A DNA stretch of 64,000 bases from the human T2T-CHM13v2.0 reference genome, Homo sapiens: assembly GCF_009914755.1 (NCBI RefSeq), contig NC_060940.1; one strand, 5' to 3'. A program made the position numbers and the translations under genes. The notes under the pieces were generated by a model. It was not told where the DNA came from. It saw nothing but the letters and a program-made list of their open reading frames with translations, and searched no databases. Below are positions 15,653 through 30,389 of this stretch, piece after piece (the first letter of the stretch is position 1; the number at the start of each line of letters is the position of its first letter).

Positions 15653-16264
15653 TCAGGTGGGCCTAGATCAGTGGTTCTCAATTTTGGCTGTTACTAGAAT
15701 TACTGAGAAGCATTTAAGAAAACATTAAAGATTCTGATTTTATTTTGTTCAGGGTGGATACAGACAAGTTTCTTCCAAAAATTTACCAGGGGACTTCACA
15801 GTGCAGCCAGGGATGAGAGCCCGTGGATTAGCTGATCATCCAGATCACAGAACTTTGGGAATTACCTAGATCTCAAAACCCCATATTGGGGGAAACCTTT
15901 AGAAAAGAGTTCTAAATTATTAGAAATTGGGATGGGGGTGGAAGCTGTGCCTAAATGTGCAGAATTATAGACATGGACATGTGTGTGTTCTACCAGAAAG
16001 TCCTCATACCTTGGTAAGAAAGCATGGACTCTTTTGCGTGAATTATTTATCTATTTTGAGCCTCAGTTTCCTGGTCTGCAAAAGGGTTATAATGATAGTA
16101 CCTACCCCATGAGGTGGTTGCAGATTACCCAAGCCAGAGCTTTCAGCACAGCACCTCACATGTGGTATTTATGAAACGGTAGTCATATTGTTGTTACACA
16201 TATTATTGGTGCTACTAACTGTTTTTACCGTGGTAGTGCCACCTAGTGTATTTACGTTTTACAG

Positions 16265-16408
16265 GGAGGCTTCTACAGAGCACAACTGCATGAGGACAAA
16301 GAGTCGAGACCCGCTGGCCATCTACTTTACCAGCGGAACCACCGGGGCCCCCAAGATGGTCGAGCACTCCCAGAGCAGCTACGGACTGGGTTTTGTGGCC
16401 AGCGGAAG
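16265..16408 (+). CDS. ACSM5: ACSM5 exon 5 with AMP-binding P-loop [11 protein letters not shown]
   Basis: acag| acceptor, AG|gtacca donor; 144 nt. Confidence 0.96.
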
Positions 16409-16609
16409 GTACCAGAGCAGCTTGTCTAGAGGATCCAAGAACAGAAAGTGGGGAGTGGTCTGGAGGGGGTGGTGTGAGGGGAAAGGTGTCAGGAACGGAG
16501 GTCAGAGAGCCAACAGAATTACTGAGAAGCCAATAGGAGCAGCTTAGGAAGGATCTTGATGGTTCTGGATTTTACTCTGAGTGAGGTGAAAAGCCATGGG
16601 AGGTTTCTT

Positions 16610-17600
<991 letters not shown>

Positions 17601-18914
17601 TTTTGAGAAGCATTGGGTATTTTGAGCAGAGGAGTGACATAATCTAATATGTTTTTTAAAGGCTCACTCAGGATGTTGGGTTGACAATGTAACTGTAGGG
17701 GAAACAGGTAAAGAAGATGACCAGTGCATTAAGAGGCAAGCATGGTAGCTTGCCCGGGGAGCAGTAGTGGGAGAAGAGATGAGATTCTGAATGTATTTTC
17801 AACCTAGACCCAATAAGGCTTGCTGACAGAATCAGTGTGGAATGAGAAGGAGGAGTCAAGGAGAGCTCTAAGAGGAATGGCCTGAACAACTGGAAGCACT
17901 AAATGATGGGGGAAGAACTGTGGGATGAGCTGTCTGGTGGCAAGAAAACAGTTTGTTTATGGAGTTGTCAATTTGAGAGTCTTCTTAGAAATCTCCATCT
18001 CCTTGTTAAAAGTGGAGATGTTGAGTGGGCATTTGGATACACATGTCTGAAGTTAATGAGAAAGATTCATGCTGAACTTATCAGTGTAAAGATGGTATTT
18101 CATACCATGAGATGGGATGAGATCAGCAAAGTGTAATATAAACTGAAAAGAGAATGGGTCTCAGGACTGAGTGCCCGAGGCATTTCTGCACTGAAGGGGA
18201 AGACCAGGAGGACTCAGCAGAGGAGACTGAGAAGGGAACAGCCAATGAAATGGGGAGAACCAGGAGTGCGCGTGTCCCAGGATTCAAGTGCATGACCGCT
18301 TTTTATGTCTTCCATGTTTGCAGACACTGTTTCCCATTCCTGGGATGCTCCTGCTTCTCTGCCTCACCTATATAATCCCTATTTATTCTTTATGTCTAAC
18401 TCAAGTGTCACTTCCTCTACCAGAGCATTTCTCAGAAACCCATGTCCATCATTGCTCTGGGTTAGGTGCCTATTCTCTATAATTGCACAAGGCTTTGTGT
18501 TTAGCTCTATTAAAACATGCTCTCCAGGGGCTTCCTATAAGGCCCTCAAAGCAAGACTAATCGTTCATTTCTAGATCCCTAGTGCTAAGTCCAGACTAAA
18601 TGCTAAATAAATGTTGGCTAAATAAAGTGACCTTAGCACAGAGTATTGAGGTTAATTTTTTCCCCTTATATATCACATCCACTGGACTGTGAACTTTCTG
18701 GAAACTCTTTTTGCTTCTGTATTCTTAGCCTAGGGCATAGGTACATGGAAGATGCTGGTTGAGACAATAGTTGACTTGATGGTCTTGTTCAGGTTTCACA
18801 AGTATAAGTGAGTACCCACTGAGCAGGGCTCCAAATGTGGTGATATAGATAATACAATCCTTTTTAAAGGTAGAGTCATTGCCAAGGTTACTGACGTTCT
18901 CTAATTTTTGGCAG

Positions 18915-19068
18915 ACGGTGGGTGGCCTTGACCGAATCTGACATCTTCTGGAACACGACTGACACTGGCTGGGTGAAGGCAGCCTGGACTCTCTTCTCTG
19001 CCTGGCCTAATGGATCTTGCATTTTTGTGCATGAGCTGCCCCGAGTTGATGCCAAAGTTATCCTGAAT
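18915..19068 (+). CDS. ACSM5: ACSM5 exon 6 (RWVALTESD...KVILN)
   Basis: gcag| acceptor, AAT|gtaaga donor; 154 nt. Confidence 0.95.
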
Positions 19069-19837
19069 GTAAGAGGAAAAACCAACAATACCCCATATGT
19101 GTTGGGTACAAATGAGATGAGTGGGATATAGATTTCAGACTGCAGGAGAAAACACATAAATCAGTGAATTTAAGGCTTCTTTGGTGTGGCTCCCTGGCCT
19201 TCCATAATCTGGTTCCTGACCACCTGGTTCCCTTCAATCATTGCCTATGCTCTAGCTACATTCCTAGATGTAAGACCATTTTGTTGCTATTTCTTTTGCA
19301 TGGGGTGCCCTTGTTTCCACCACTTTCTTCCCTATGCTCCTGCCAAAACCCTAGGTATTTGTCAAACCCTTAGGCAAAATCAGTCTATGCCTCAACTCCA
19401 AATGCTACTGTCCATGGTTCTTAACATGAGTAGTTGGCCCAACTAGAGAGTCCTGGTGACTCCTGCTCAGCCTCTCAGGGTCTTCTCATGGGGAGGGAGG
19501 AGATTGGTGGCCCCAGTCAAGACACAGGTCACCTTTCTTCCACCCCCCACATCCTGTCATTCCTTAAAATGTCAGAGGACACTTCTGCTCATATTATTTG
19601 TACTGAGATAAGCTGTATCACATGGTAGCTAACTGCATAGGCTGTGCCATCAGTCAAAGAGTCAGACCTGGACTCTGATCCTACACCTTTGATTCGCTAG
19701 CTGTGTGGCCTTGGGGAAGCTGCTTAATCTCCTGAGCTGCAGTTTCAGCCTCATCTGTAAGAAAGGGATACATTTCTCTATAGATTTGCTGCGAGAATGA
19801 AATGATACAAGGCAAAGGGGCCAGCACATCATAGGTT

Positions 19838-21155
19838 CTTTTTTGAAATAATTTTTAATTTTTGTGGATACATAGTAGGTGTATATATTTATGGGGTACA
19901 TGAGATGTTTTGATGTAGGCATGCAATGCGTGAAAATCACATCATAGAGAATGGGGTATCCATACCCTCAAAGCATTTATCTTTTGTGTTACAATCTAAT
20001 TATACTCTTTCAGTTATTTTAAAATGTACAATTAAGTTTTTATTGACTATAGTCACCCTGATGTGCTTTAAAATAACAGGTCTTATTCATTCATTCTATT
20101 ATTTTGGTACCAACTAACCATCCCCACCTTTCTCCCAGCCCCCGACTACCCTTCCCAGCCTCTGGTAATCATCCTTCTAATCTCTATTTCCATGAGTTCA
20201 ATTGTTTTGACTTTTAAATCTCACAAATAAGTGAGAATATGTGAAGTTAGTCTTTATGTGCCTGGCTTATTTCACTTAACATAATGATCTCCAGTTCCAT
20301 CCATGTTGCAGCAAATGACAGGACCTCATTCTTTTTTATGGATCCATTGTGTATATGTACATCTTCTTTTTCCATTCATCTGTTGATGGACACTTAGGTT
20401 GCTTCAAAACATAGTAGATTCTTTTTTTAAAAAAAAATTATTTTCATAGGTTATTGGGGAACAGGTGGTGTTTGATTACATGAGTAAGTTCTTTAGTGGT
20501 GATTGTAAGATTTTGGTGCACCCATCACCTGAGCAGTATACACTGCACCCAATTTGTAGTCTTTTATCCCTCACCCCCTTCCCACCATTTTCCCCAAGTC
20601 CCCAAAGTCCATTGTGCCATTCTTACACCTTTGCATCCTCATAGCTTAGCTCCCACTTATGAGGGAGAACATAAAATATTTGGTTTTCCATTTCTGAGTT
20701 ACTTTACTTAGAATAATAGTCTACAATCTCATCCAGGTCCCTGCGAATGCCATTAATTCATTCCTTTTTATGGCTGAGTTGTATTCCATTATATATATTT
20801 ATATACCACACTTTCTTTGCCCACCTGTTGATTTATGGGCATTTGGGTTTGTTCCACATTTTTGCAATTGCAAACTGTGCTGCTATAAACATGTATGTGC
20901 AAGTATCTTTTTCATATGACTTCTTTTCTTCTGGATAGATGCCCAGAAGTGGGATTGCTGGATCAAATGGTAGTTCTACTTTTAGTTCTTTAAGGAATCT
21001 CCACACTGTTTTCCACAGTGGTTGTACTAGTTTACATTCCTACCAGCAATGTAGAAGTGTTCCTTGTTCACTGCATCCATGCCAACATCTATTATTTTTT
21101 GATATTTTGATTATGGCCATTCTTGCAGGAGTAAGCTGGTATCACATGGTGGACC
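19838..21155 (-). mobile_element. Two adjacent L1 3' fragments (L1MA-like ~19838-20407; L1PB-like ~20421-21155)
   Basis: Each begins with a poly-T tail; the second is flanked by TSD atagtagattctt. Confidence 0.8.
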
Positions 21156-21279
21156 AAATATAGTAGATTCTTAACCCATATTGATTGTTATCATCATGAT
21201 CAAACTCATCACCATCATTATCCATGTAGTGCTTGATCAGCCAATGTATGGACCTTCTCCTTGCACTGTCCCCAGCTCT

Positions 21280-22660
21280 GATATAGTGTTTTCATTATCT
21301 ATTGCTATGTAATAAATTATACCGAAACTTAGCACTTTAAAACACAAGCATTTATCTCACAGTTTCTGATGGTCAGGAAGCTGGAGGTAGCTTAATGAGG
21401 GGTTTTTGGAGCAGGGTCTCTCATGAGGTTGCAATCAAGAGGTCAGCAAGGTATGCTCATGTTCATAGCAGCATTAACAATAACTAAAAGGTGAAAGCAA
21501 CACAAGTGTCCATCCACAGATGAATGAATAAACAAAATGTGGTGTATATGTACAATGGAATATTACCCAGCCTTAAAAAGGAAGGACGTCTTGTTGTATG
21601 ATATAACGTGGATAACCCTTGAGGACATTATGCTAAGTGAAACATGCCAGTCATACAAGGACAAATACTGTATGATTCCACTTACATGAGATTCCAAGAG
21701 TAGTCAAATTCATAGAGACAGAAAGTACAGTGGTGTTTACCAGGAGTTAGGGGAGAGATTAATGGGAAATTATTGTGTAATGGGTACAGAGTTTAAGTTT
21801 GAGAAGATAAAAATAGTTCTGGAGGTGGATGGTAGCGATGGTTGCACAACACTCTGGAAATGTTTAATCCCACTGGACTATACACTTAAAAACCGTTCCA
21901 ATGGGCAAATCCTATGTTGTGTGTATTTTGCCACAATAATTTTAAAGAAGATATTTGCTAGGACTGCAATCATCTTAAGGATTGACTGAAGCTGGAAAAT
22001 TGCTTAAAAGTTCACTGGTGGCCGGGCACAGTGGTTCATACCTGTAATCCCAGCACTTTGGGAGGCCAAGGCGGGTGAATCATGAGGTCAGGAGTTAAAG
22101 ACCAGCCTGGCCAGGATGGTGAAACCCCGTTTCTACTAAAAATACAAAAATTAGCCGGGCCTGGTGGTGGGCACCTGTAATCCCAGCTACTCAGGGGTCT
22201 GAGGCAGAGAATTGCTTGAACCCGGGAGGCAGAGGTTGCAGTGAGCTGAGATCTTGCCACTGCACTCCAGCCTGGGTGACAGAGTGAGACTCCATCTCAA
22301 AAAACCAAACAAAAAACAAAACAAAAACCTCACTGGTGGTTTTTAGTAGACTTCAATTTCTCACTGGGTGTTTGCTAGTCTCCAGTTTCTCACTGTGTGC
22401 AACTGTCCATAGGATGGCTTGAGCATACTCAAAACATGGTGGCTTGCTTCCCCCAGAACAAGGGATCCAAGAAAGGCAGAGAGAAAGAATATCCAAGACA
22501 GAAGCCATAGTCTTTGTATAACCGAATCTTGAAAGTGGTATTCATCACCTTGGCAGTATGCCATTGCTGTCACAGACCCACTTTGGTATGAGGTGAGAGG
22601 GGATCCTCCAAAGGTGCACATGCCAGGAAGTAGGAGTCACTGGACACCATCTTGGCTGCT
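21280..22660. mobile_element. MLT1-like LTR interrupted by an L1MB-like fragment (~21450-21945, +) and an Alu (~22020-22330, +)
   Basis: MLT1 minus-strand motifs on both sides; Alu TSD tcactggt. Confidence 0.6.
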
Positions 22661-22786
22661 GGATTCCACACATAGTTTTCAGCTTCTCTGCTTTGGTACT
22701 GAGACTATAAAGATGCATTTGGCTCCATCTTCATGGTCCCACCCCAATGATTCTAAGGACATCTTTCACCCTTTGTTTTTGTTTAG

Positions 22787-22866
22787 ACTCTCTCCAAATT
22801 CCCGATAACCACCCTCTGCTGTGTCCCAACCATCTTTCGGCTGCTTGTGCAGGAGGATCTGACCAG
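22787..22866 (+). CDS. ACSM5: ACSM5 exon 7 (TLSKFPITT...EDLT)
   Basis: tttag| acceptor, AG|gtacag donor; 80 nt. Confidence 0.93.
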
Positions 22867-23969
22867 GTACAGCCCGTCTATTTCGTGCTTTGAGGGCCTA
22901 AGTATGTGAATATATAGCATGGGTATCCACACACACAACTACCCTCTCATTCCAACTCTCTTTCTTTCTCTGTCTCTCCCTCTATATATTTTTCTGCCTC
23001 TCTCTTTGTCTCTCTCTCACACACACATTTATACACGTACACATTGACAAGTCAACATACCTGTAAATCTCACAGATGCCCCTCAAGAACAAGCTTCTGG
23101 CCCCCCAAAATTTGCATCCAGATGGAACTAAATAGATTTAAGGCAGACTGAAATTTTAGCACCTGAGATAGGCTTCTCCTCACACCATACACCCATGGGC
23201 TATTCTGTCAGCAGTGTGTCTGCTATTTCTGTGAGGCGAGAGAAATGATTGGAAAATTGTTAGCCACCTGTGGAGTGGGGTCTGTGGCCAGGGCCCTCAG
23301 GTGTGGTGAAACTAACAAGCCCGCACCGCAGTAGATGCCCCAACTCTCAGCCTCAGACTAACCCCAGCCAACTGTTCTCTGAGCACATGCCATTAGGCAC
23401 CCAAGAGAAAGGGACAAGGCACTGATGATGGCTCCATCCTGGGTGAAGCCAAAGCAACATCTTCTAGCAGAACAGGGCTGGTTGCTGGGGTATATGGAGA
23501 GAGGCCCACCGTCCTTCAGTATCCACCAACCCTGACCTGTTCTCCCTCTTTTGTCCTCCCGTAAGTCATGAGGAGTCGTCCTCTCATCTTTCCTAATCAC
23601 ATGAATCTACCCACCAAGTGTCCAAAAAAGGGAGTTCTTACATGCTTCTAAAAGTGAATTCTTCTCCAATGTAAGAAAATCATCCCATTCATTGATCTGA
23701 TGTGTGCATCTCCACATGATGATTTTGGCTGAAAGCAAGCTCCAAGTACCTCGTTAAGAACAATGTCGTTGAATGCTCTTTGGTAATAATAAGTAACTTA
23801 ATCAAGCCAATTTGATCTCCCCTCTCCTCCAAGATTAAAAATGTACTTGCAGTCACTGTTCTTTTTTATAATTTGGATGATTTGTTGAACAGAGAGGGCA
23901 TTTTGCAACATAATTAATATCTGTAGGAATTTTTGGGATTCTTAGGGGTCTAATTTTTATCTTTTCAAT

Positions 23970-24310
<341 letters not shown>

Positions 24311-24680
24311 CTATCTTTTCAATTTCTAATTCATCTATCCTTTTCAATCAGATTACTGTCCTAACCAATTTATTATCAATCAGTTTTTTTCCAACTAAAT
24401 TATTTTGGCCAAGTTACCTGGAACTCACCATATTATGCCAAAACCTATTATATGAGCTTCTGATTTTATCTCAAACTCAGATAGGATGGATCTTTTAAAA
24501 ATTATCTGTCCATGAGGAGCATGGTTGCAAAGCCAGTGGGTGGACTCACTTAGAGAAGATTAAAAAGCAGGGGCATCTACCCTCTAGTGCCTGTGGTGTT
24601 TGCATCTGGGCAGTGGCACCAGAGGGCGGGGTGATATGAAGATCCTGACATAGGTGGCCTTGTTTTCCTGTCTGAGAAAG

Positions 24681-24804
24681 GTACCAGTTTCAGAGCCTGA
24701 GGCACTGTCTGACCGGAGGAGAGGCCCTCAACCGTGACGTGAGGGAGAAGTGGAAACACCAGACCGGTGTGGAGCTGTACGAAGGCTATGGCCAGTCTGA
24801 AACG
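24681..24804 (+). CDS. ACSM5: ACSM5 exon 8 (YQFQSLRHCLTGGEALNRDV...YGQSET)
   Basis: aag| acceptor (required by frame), ACG|gtgagt donor; 124 nt. Confidence 0.93.
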
Positions 24805-24956
24805 GTGAGTGCTGGAGGGGCCAGGTCCCTACCCCCCAGGTCCCCTCGAGAGCTTCCTGCCTCTCCGGCTGTCACCTCCCTGAAGCTTCTCAGGGGCCAC
24901 CCTTCCCCCAGGGGAGAAGCTGATAACAAAATTCCATCAGCTTTCCTTCCCTTTTG

Positions 24957-25201
24957 ATTTCCATATGTTCTCACTTATAAGTGGGAGCTAAGCTATGAGG
25001 ATGCAAAGACATACAGAGTGGTATAAAAGACTTTGGAGACTCAGAAGGAAGAAGGTGAGAGGAGGGGCGTGAAGGTAAAAAAACTACGTATTGGGTATAA
25101 TGTACACTACTCAGCTTACAGATGCACTAAAATCTCAGGATTCACCACTATAGAATTCATCCATGTTACAAAAAAACGCTCGAACCCAAAAAGCTATTGA
25201 A

Positions 25202-25241
<40 letters not shown>

Positions 25242-25260
25242 CTTATAAATTAAAAAAAGG
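24957..25260 (+). mobile_element. L1 3'UTR fragment ending in (AC)18 microsatellite (25204-25239)
   Basis: 'atgttctcacttataagtgggagctaagctatgagg' L1 end motif. Confidence 0.75.
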
Positions 25261-25504
25261 TAATTTAAAGTACTTTTACAATTATACCATGACCAGCAAA
25301 CCAGCCCTCACTGCTGAAGGCATTGTTTGTCTCCACCAAGACAGTCTACATCTGCCACTGTTCAGAGTCCAAGATTCTAAGCAGCGTCCTCTATAGTCAT
25401 CTAGGAAGAGATCTGGGGATCAACTGAGTCTTTTGGCTTAGAGATGGGTTAAGTTCTTTATGTTTGAGTGCCCACTGGAGTGCCCCATAATTGTTTGTTA
25501 ACTA

Positions 25505-25910
25505 TGGAAAGAAAAGAAGAAAGACAGGCAAGAAAGAGGGAAGAAAATAGGAACAAAATGAAGAAGGAAGGGAGGGAGGAAATAAAGGAAAGAGAAAGGA
25601 AAAGAAGGAGGAAAGGAAGGGAAAAAGATGAATGGAAGGAAGGAAATAGGGAACAAAGAAGAAGGGAGGAGAGAGGAAAATGGAGAATGAAATAACGGGG
25701 AAAAGAATGAAAAAAAGGAGGAAAGAAAATGAAGGAGGGAAGGAAGAAAACAGGAAAGGGGAAAGAAAGGAAAGAAAGAGGAAAGGAAGGAGTGAGCAAG
25801 GAAGAAAAAAGAAAAGAAAGAAGGGAGGAAGAATGGAGAGAAATGGAGAGAGGAGAAGGGAAAGAAAGAAGAAAGTGAGGGAGGAGAAAAAAGAGGATGA
25901 GAGAAAGAGT
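25505..25910 (+). repeat. GA-rich polypurine low-complexity tract
   Basis: About 400 nt almost entirely A/G. Confidence 0.95.
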
Positions 25911-25995
25911 TATCAGGCAGGGTGAGAGAAAGGCATGGCCCAGGAAAGAAGCTAAGTGGAAAGGCTCTTCTTTATCTGTACTGCGTTCTCCCCAG

Positions 25996-26076
25996 GTTGT
26001 CATCTGTGCCAATCCAAAAGGCATGAAAATCAAGTCTGGATCCATGGGGAAGGCGTCCCCACCCTACGATGTGCAG
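25996..26076 (+). CDS. ACSM5: ACSM5 exon 9 (VVICANPKG...PYDVQ)
   Basis: cccag| acceptor, CAG|gtagca donor; 81 nt. Confidence 0.94.
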
Positions 26077-26222
26077 GTAGCAGCCTCCCCCAACTTCTGG
26101 CAAGGCCTGGCATGGAGAGGAGAAAGACACACAGGCCTGGTTGGCACGGGCTGCTGGGCTGCTGGGAGAGGCCCAGGGTGTAGACACTCACGTATGCACC
26201 TCTGTGATGATTTCCTTACCAG

Positions 26223-26324
26223 ATTGTGGATGATGAGGGCAACGTCCTGCCTCCTGGAGAAGAGGGGAATGTTGCCGTCCGTATCAGACCCACTCGGCCC
26301 TTCTGTTTCTTCAATTGCTATTTG
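26223..26324 (+). CDS. ACSM5: ACSM5 exon 10 (IVDDEGNV...FNCYL)
   Basis: ccag| acceptor, TTG|gtaaga donor; 102 nt. Confidence 0.94.
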
Positions 26325-26671
26325 GTAAGAGACGGGGAACAGCCGTTCTCATGACAGTGACTGTGTGCTAAGCATTGTGCACCACACTTTGTAAATATCT
26401 ATTTGTTTAATCCTTACAATGACTGCATGAGGTAGGTTGCTACTATTATTAATAAAGTTCTGTTATTGATAAGGAAGACTATTATTGATAAGGAAGCTAC
26501 TACAAAGGGGAAGTGACTTATCCAGCATCATGCAAATAGTACAGGCAGGACATGGGATTTAAACGTGGGTGTGTCTGAAAGCGTAAACATGACATGAGGG
26601 CAGCACTGTTGTTTTAATGAGGTGAAAATCGAGGTACAGTAAAGGAAAGGAGCTTCTGAAGGTCAAACTGC

Positions 26672-26985
26672 AGCCGGGTGCAGTGGCTCACATCTGTAAT
26701 CTCAGCACTTTCAGAGGCCGAGGCAGGTGGATCACCTGAGGTCAGGAGTTCAACACCAGCCTGGTCAGCATAGTGAAACCCCGTTTCTACCAAAAATACA
26801 AAAATCAGCCAGGCATGGTGGCGCACGCCTCTATTCCCAGCTACTTGGGAGGCTGAGACAGGAGAATTGCTTGAACCAGGGAGGTTGCCGTGAGCCAGGA
26901 TCATTCCACTGCCCTCCAGCCTGGGTGAGGGAACGAGACTCCGTATCAAAAAATAATAATAATAATAATAATAAAATAAATAAAT
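26672..26985 (+). mobile_element. Alu (AluS-like) with (AAT)n tail
   Basis: TSD aaggtcaaactgc. Confidence 0.9.
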
Positions 26986-27848
26986 ACATAAAGGTCAAAC
27001 TGCACTATTGTGTCAGAGCTGTCTTCAGGATTCTCTTTGTGGTTTGCTAGCAGGGCACAAACCTGGGATTTCAGTCCAAGTTTCTGGGATAATTCAGTAA
27101 CTGCTTCTCTTTTGTATTCATCTTGGGTGGTGTTTATGTCGGGCTTTCTTTTCTTCACAGCTTTCTCTATAAAACTCTCAGACCTGGCTGTGCATTAGAA
27201 ACACCTGGCAAGCCTCAGTTATTGCTGATGCTTGAGCCCCACCTCAGCTTAATTAAAATCAACATTTCTGTTGGTGTGGATCAGTTTCCCAGGCGATTCG
27301 AATGTCAAGCCTGAGAGCCACTGCTTAATAGAAATGCCATCTCATGTGTCTACTAAGCTGTCAATCAGCTACAGAATTAGAAGGAGCAGAAATAAATCAG
27401 TCCATTTCTTTTCAAAATGTTGCATTTTAGTGGTTTTTCTGTCACTACAAGAGAAATAATCTTCTACTTTATTTTGTTTAAAATCACAGAAACTTACAAA
27501 ATCCCACAACATAGTAATCATGCCAAGCTGAGATCATGTTAACATTTAATGTATTTTCTGCTAATCAGTCTTGGAAGCAATAGTAAATCTTTGACCCCAC
27601 TGAAAAAATGCATTCATTCATTATTTATTGTCGACTTCGTGCCGCTCGGTGTGGAGCAGGACTCTGGTACTTAGTGTGGAGCAGGACTCTGGTACTTACT
27701 GCACTTGTACACTTTCTTTCTGGTTGTGAGATTGTTCCACTGAGTGTACTAAAGTAATTTGAAAAGTTATTTGCTAGACAACAATCTAGTTTTTTTGACT
27801 GTTTCTTTCCGTCACCTGTACCAACAGTTAGTTTTCTTTCCAGATCAT

Positions 27849-27850
<2 letters not shown>

Positions 27851-27887
<37 letters not shown>

Positions 27888-28174
27888 TGACAGTGTCTTC
27901 TCACTCTGTTGCCCAGGCTGGAGTACAGTGGTGCGATCTTGGCTCACTGCACTTCCACCTCCTGGGCTCAAGCAACTCTCGCGCTCCAGTCTCCCAAGTA
28001 ACTGGGACTACAGGCGCACACCACTTCACCGGGGTAATTTTGGTATTTTTAGTAGAGACAGGGTTTTGCCACCTTGGCCAGACTGGTCTGGAATTTCTGG
28101 CCTCAAGTGATCTGCCCGCCTCGGGCAACTCCCAAAGTGCTGGGATTACAGGCATCAGCCACAGTGCCCGGCCC
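27851..28174 (-). mobile_element. Alu with long pure poly-T (27851-27886)
   Basis: TSD tcattctt. Confidence 0.88.
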
Positions 28175-28696
28175 AGCTCATTCTTAATTAAGAGAAAAAT
28201 ATTAAATGTCTTCGTGAGAATCAGGAAACATGTGAAAATTATTATAGAGGATCTCAGACCAAAATTGTTCTGTGAGTTTTGATAAGCTAAGCTCATTCTC
28301 CCCCTACAATAAACATAAACATTTCAAATTCACGTTGGTCATTCCCATTTAGCTGAAATTGCACATGTCAGTTAAATGAATATGCCCGTGTCAACTGTAT
28401 ATCCCATATAAGGAATGTGCTTATTTTCCTAGGGAAACAAATTATCAAATGCACAAATATTTGTTATAGTGCTGGCTGTTTATAACAGATAAAAAAGGTG
28501 GAGGGACTATCTAAATTTCTAATATCAGAAATTAGTTATGTAAAGGATTATATTATAGCATTGTGAACAAAAGCAAAAAAACAAAAGAAAAGGAGAAAAA
28601 GAAGAGAGAAAAAATTTTAAAAAAAGAATCCAGGAATTTGTTCAAATGCATAATATCACCACCACACAGAAATATTATGCAACTATTTAATACAAT

Positions 28697-28987
28697 TTTT
28701 TTTGGAAGCAGGGTCTCCTTCTGCCACCAAGGCTGGAGTGCAGTGGCACAATCATGGCCACTGCAGCTTTGACTTCCTGGGCTCAGCTGATCCTCCCACC
28801 TCAGCCTCCTGAGTAGCTGGAACTACAGGCACATGCCACCACACCTGGCTAATTTTTTTTTTTTTTTTGTAAAGATGGGGTTTCACCATGTTGCCTAGGC
28901 TGGTTTTGAATTCCTGGGCTCAAGTGATCCACCTGCCTCAGCCCACCAAAATGCTATGATTACAGGCATGAGCCACCACTCCCAGCC
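28697..28987 (-). mobile_element. AluJ-like
   Basis: Alu consensus similarity. Confidence 0.85.
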
Positions 28988-29403
28988 TATAGGAGTTCTT
29001 AATATATTCTTGATATCGGTCCTTTGTTTGTTTTAAGAGTTGCTAACATCTTCCTCCTTGGTTGTAGCTTATCTTTTCACTTTCTTTCACTTTCTTTAAG
29101 CTATTTTTGTTGAACAGAAGCATTTATTTCCATGTCATCAAATCATTAAGTTTTTAAATGTTATGGATAGTGCTTTTTGTGTCTTATAAAATCATTTTCA
29201 ACTTTAGGGTAGAAAATACACATATTCAATAGTTTCTTCCAATAGTTTTATAATTCTGCTTTTGACATTTAAGTTTATAATCCATCTGTGGTTGATGTAT
29301 GCATGATATGAGATAGGGGTCTATTTTATTTTTTTCTATATGAAAAGCCAATTTGTTGAATAAATCCTCCTTTTCCCAGTTATCTGTCATGCTAATTTTG
29401 TCA

Positions 29404-29722
<319 letters not shown>

Positions 29723-30039
29723 TTAAAAGTTTGATATAGTCATACATAGGCTTTGGCACTTTCTTGTATTTCCTTGATCACTTACTCTGTCTCTGTACTG
29801 ATACCATAAAGTCTTATCCACAAAAGCATTACCATAAGTCTTCACATGTGGGAGAACAACTCTAACCTTGTTATTCAACTCATTTAGAAGTGTTTTACCT
29901 ATTCTTAGCCCTTTGCTCATTCATTTGTATTTTAGAATCAACTTGTCAAGTTCCTTGGAAAATGTTTGCTAGCATTTTGATTAGAATTGTATTGCCTATA
30001 AAACAACTTAGGGATAATTGACATCTCTATTAATTAAGT

Positions 30040-30389
<350 letters not shown>

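Noticed and set aside
25458-26045. Long ORFs (195 aa and overlapping) rich in F/L/S or K/R/E
   Set aside because: By-products of the GA-rich low-complexity tract; only the exon 9 portion is real coding sequence.
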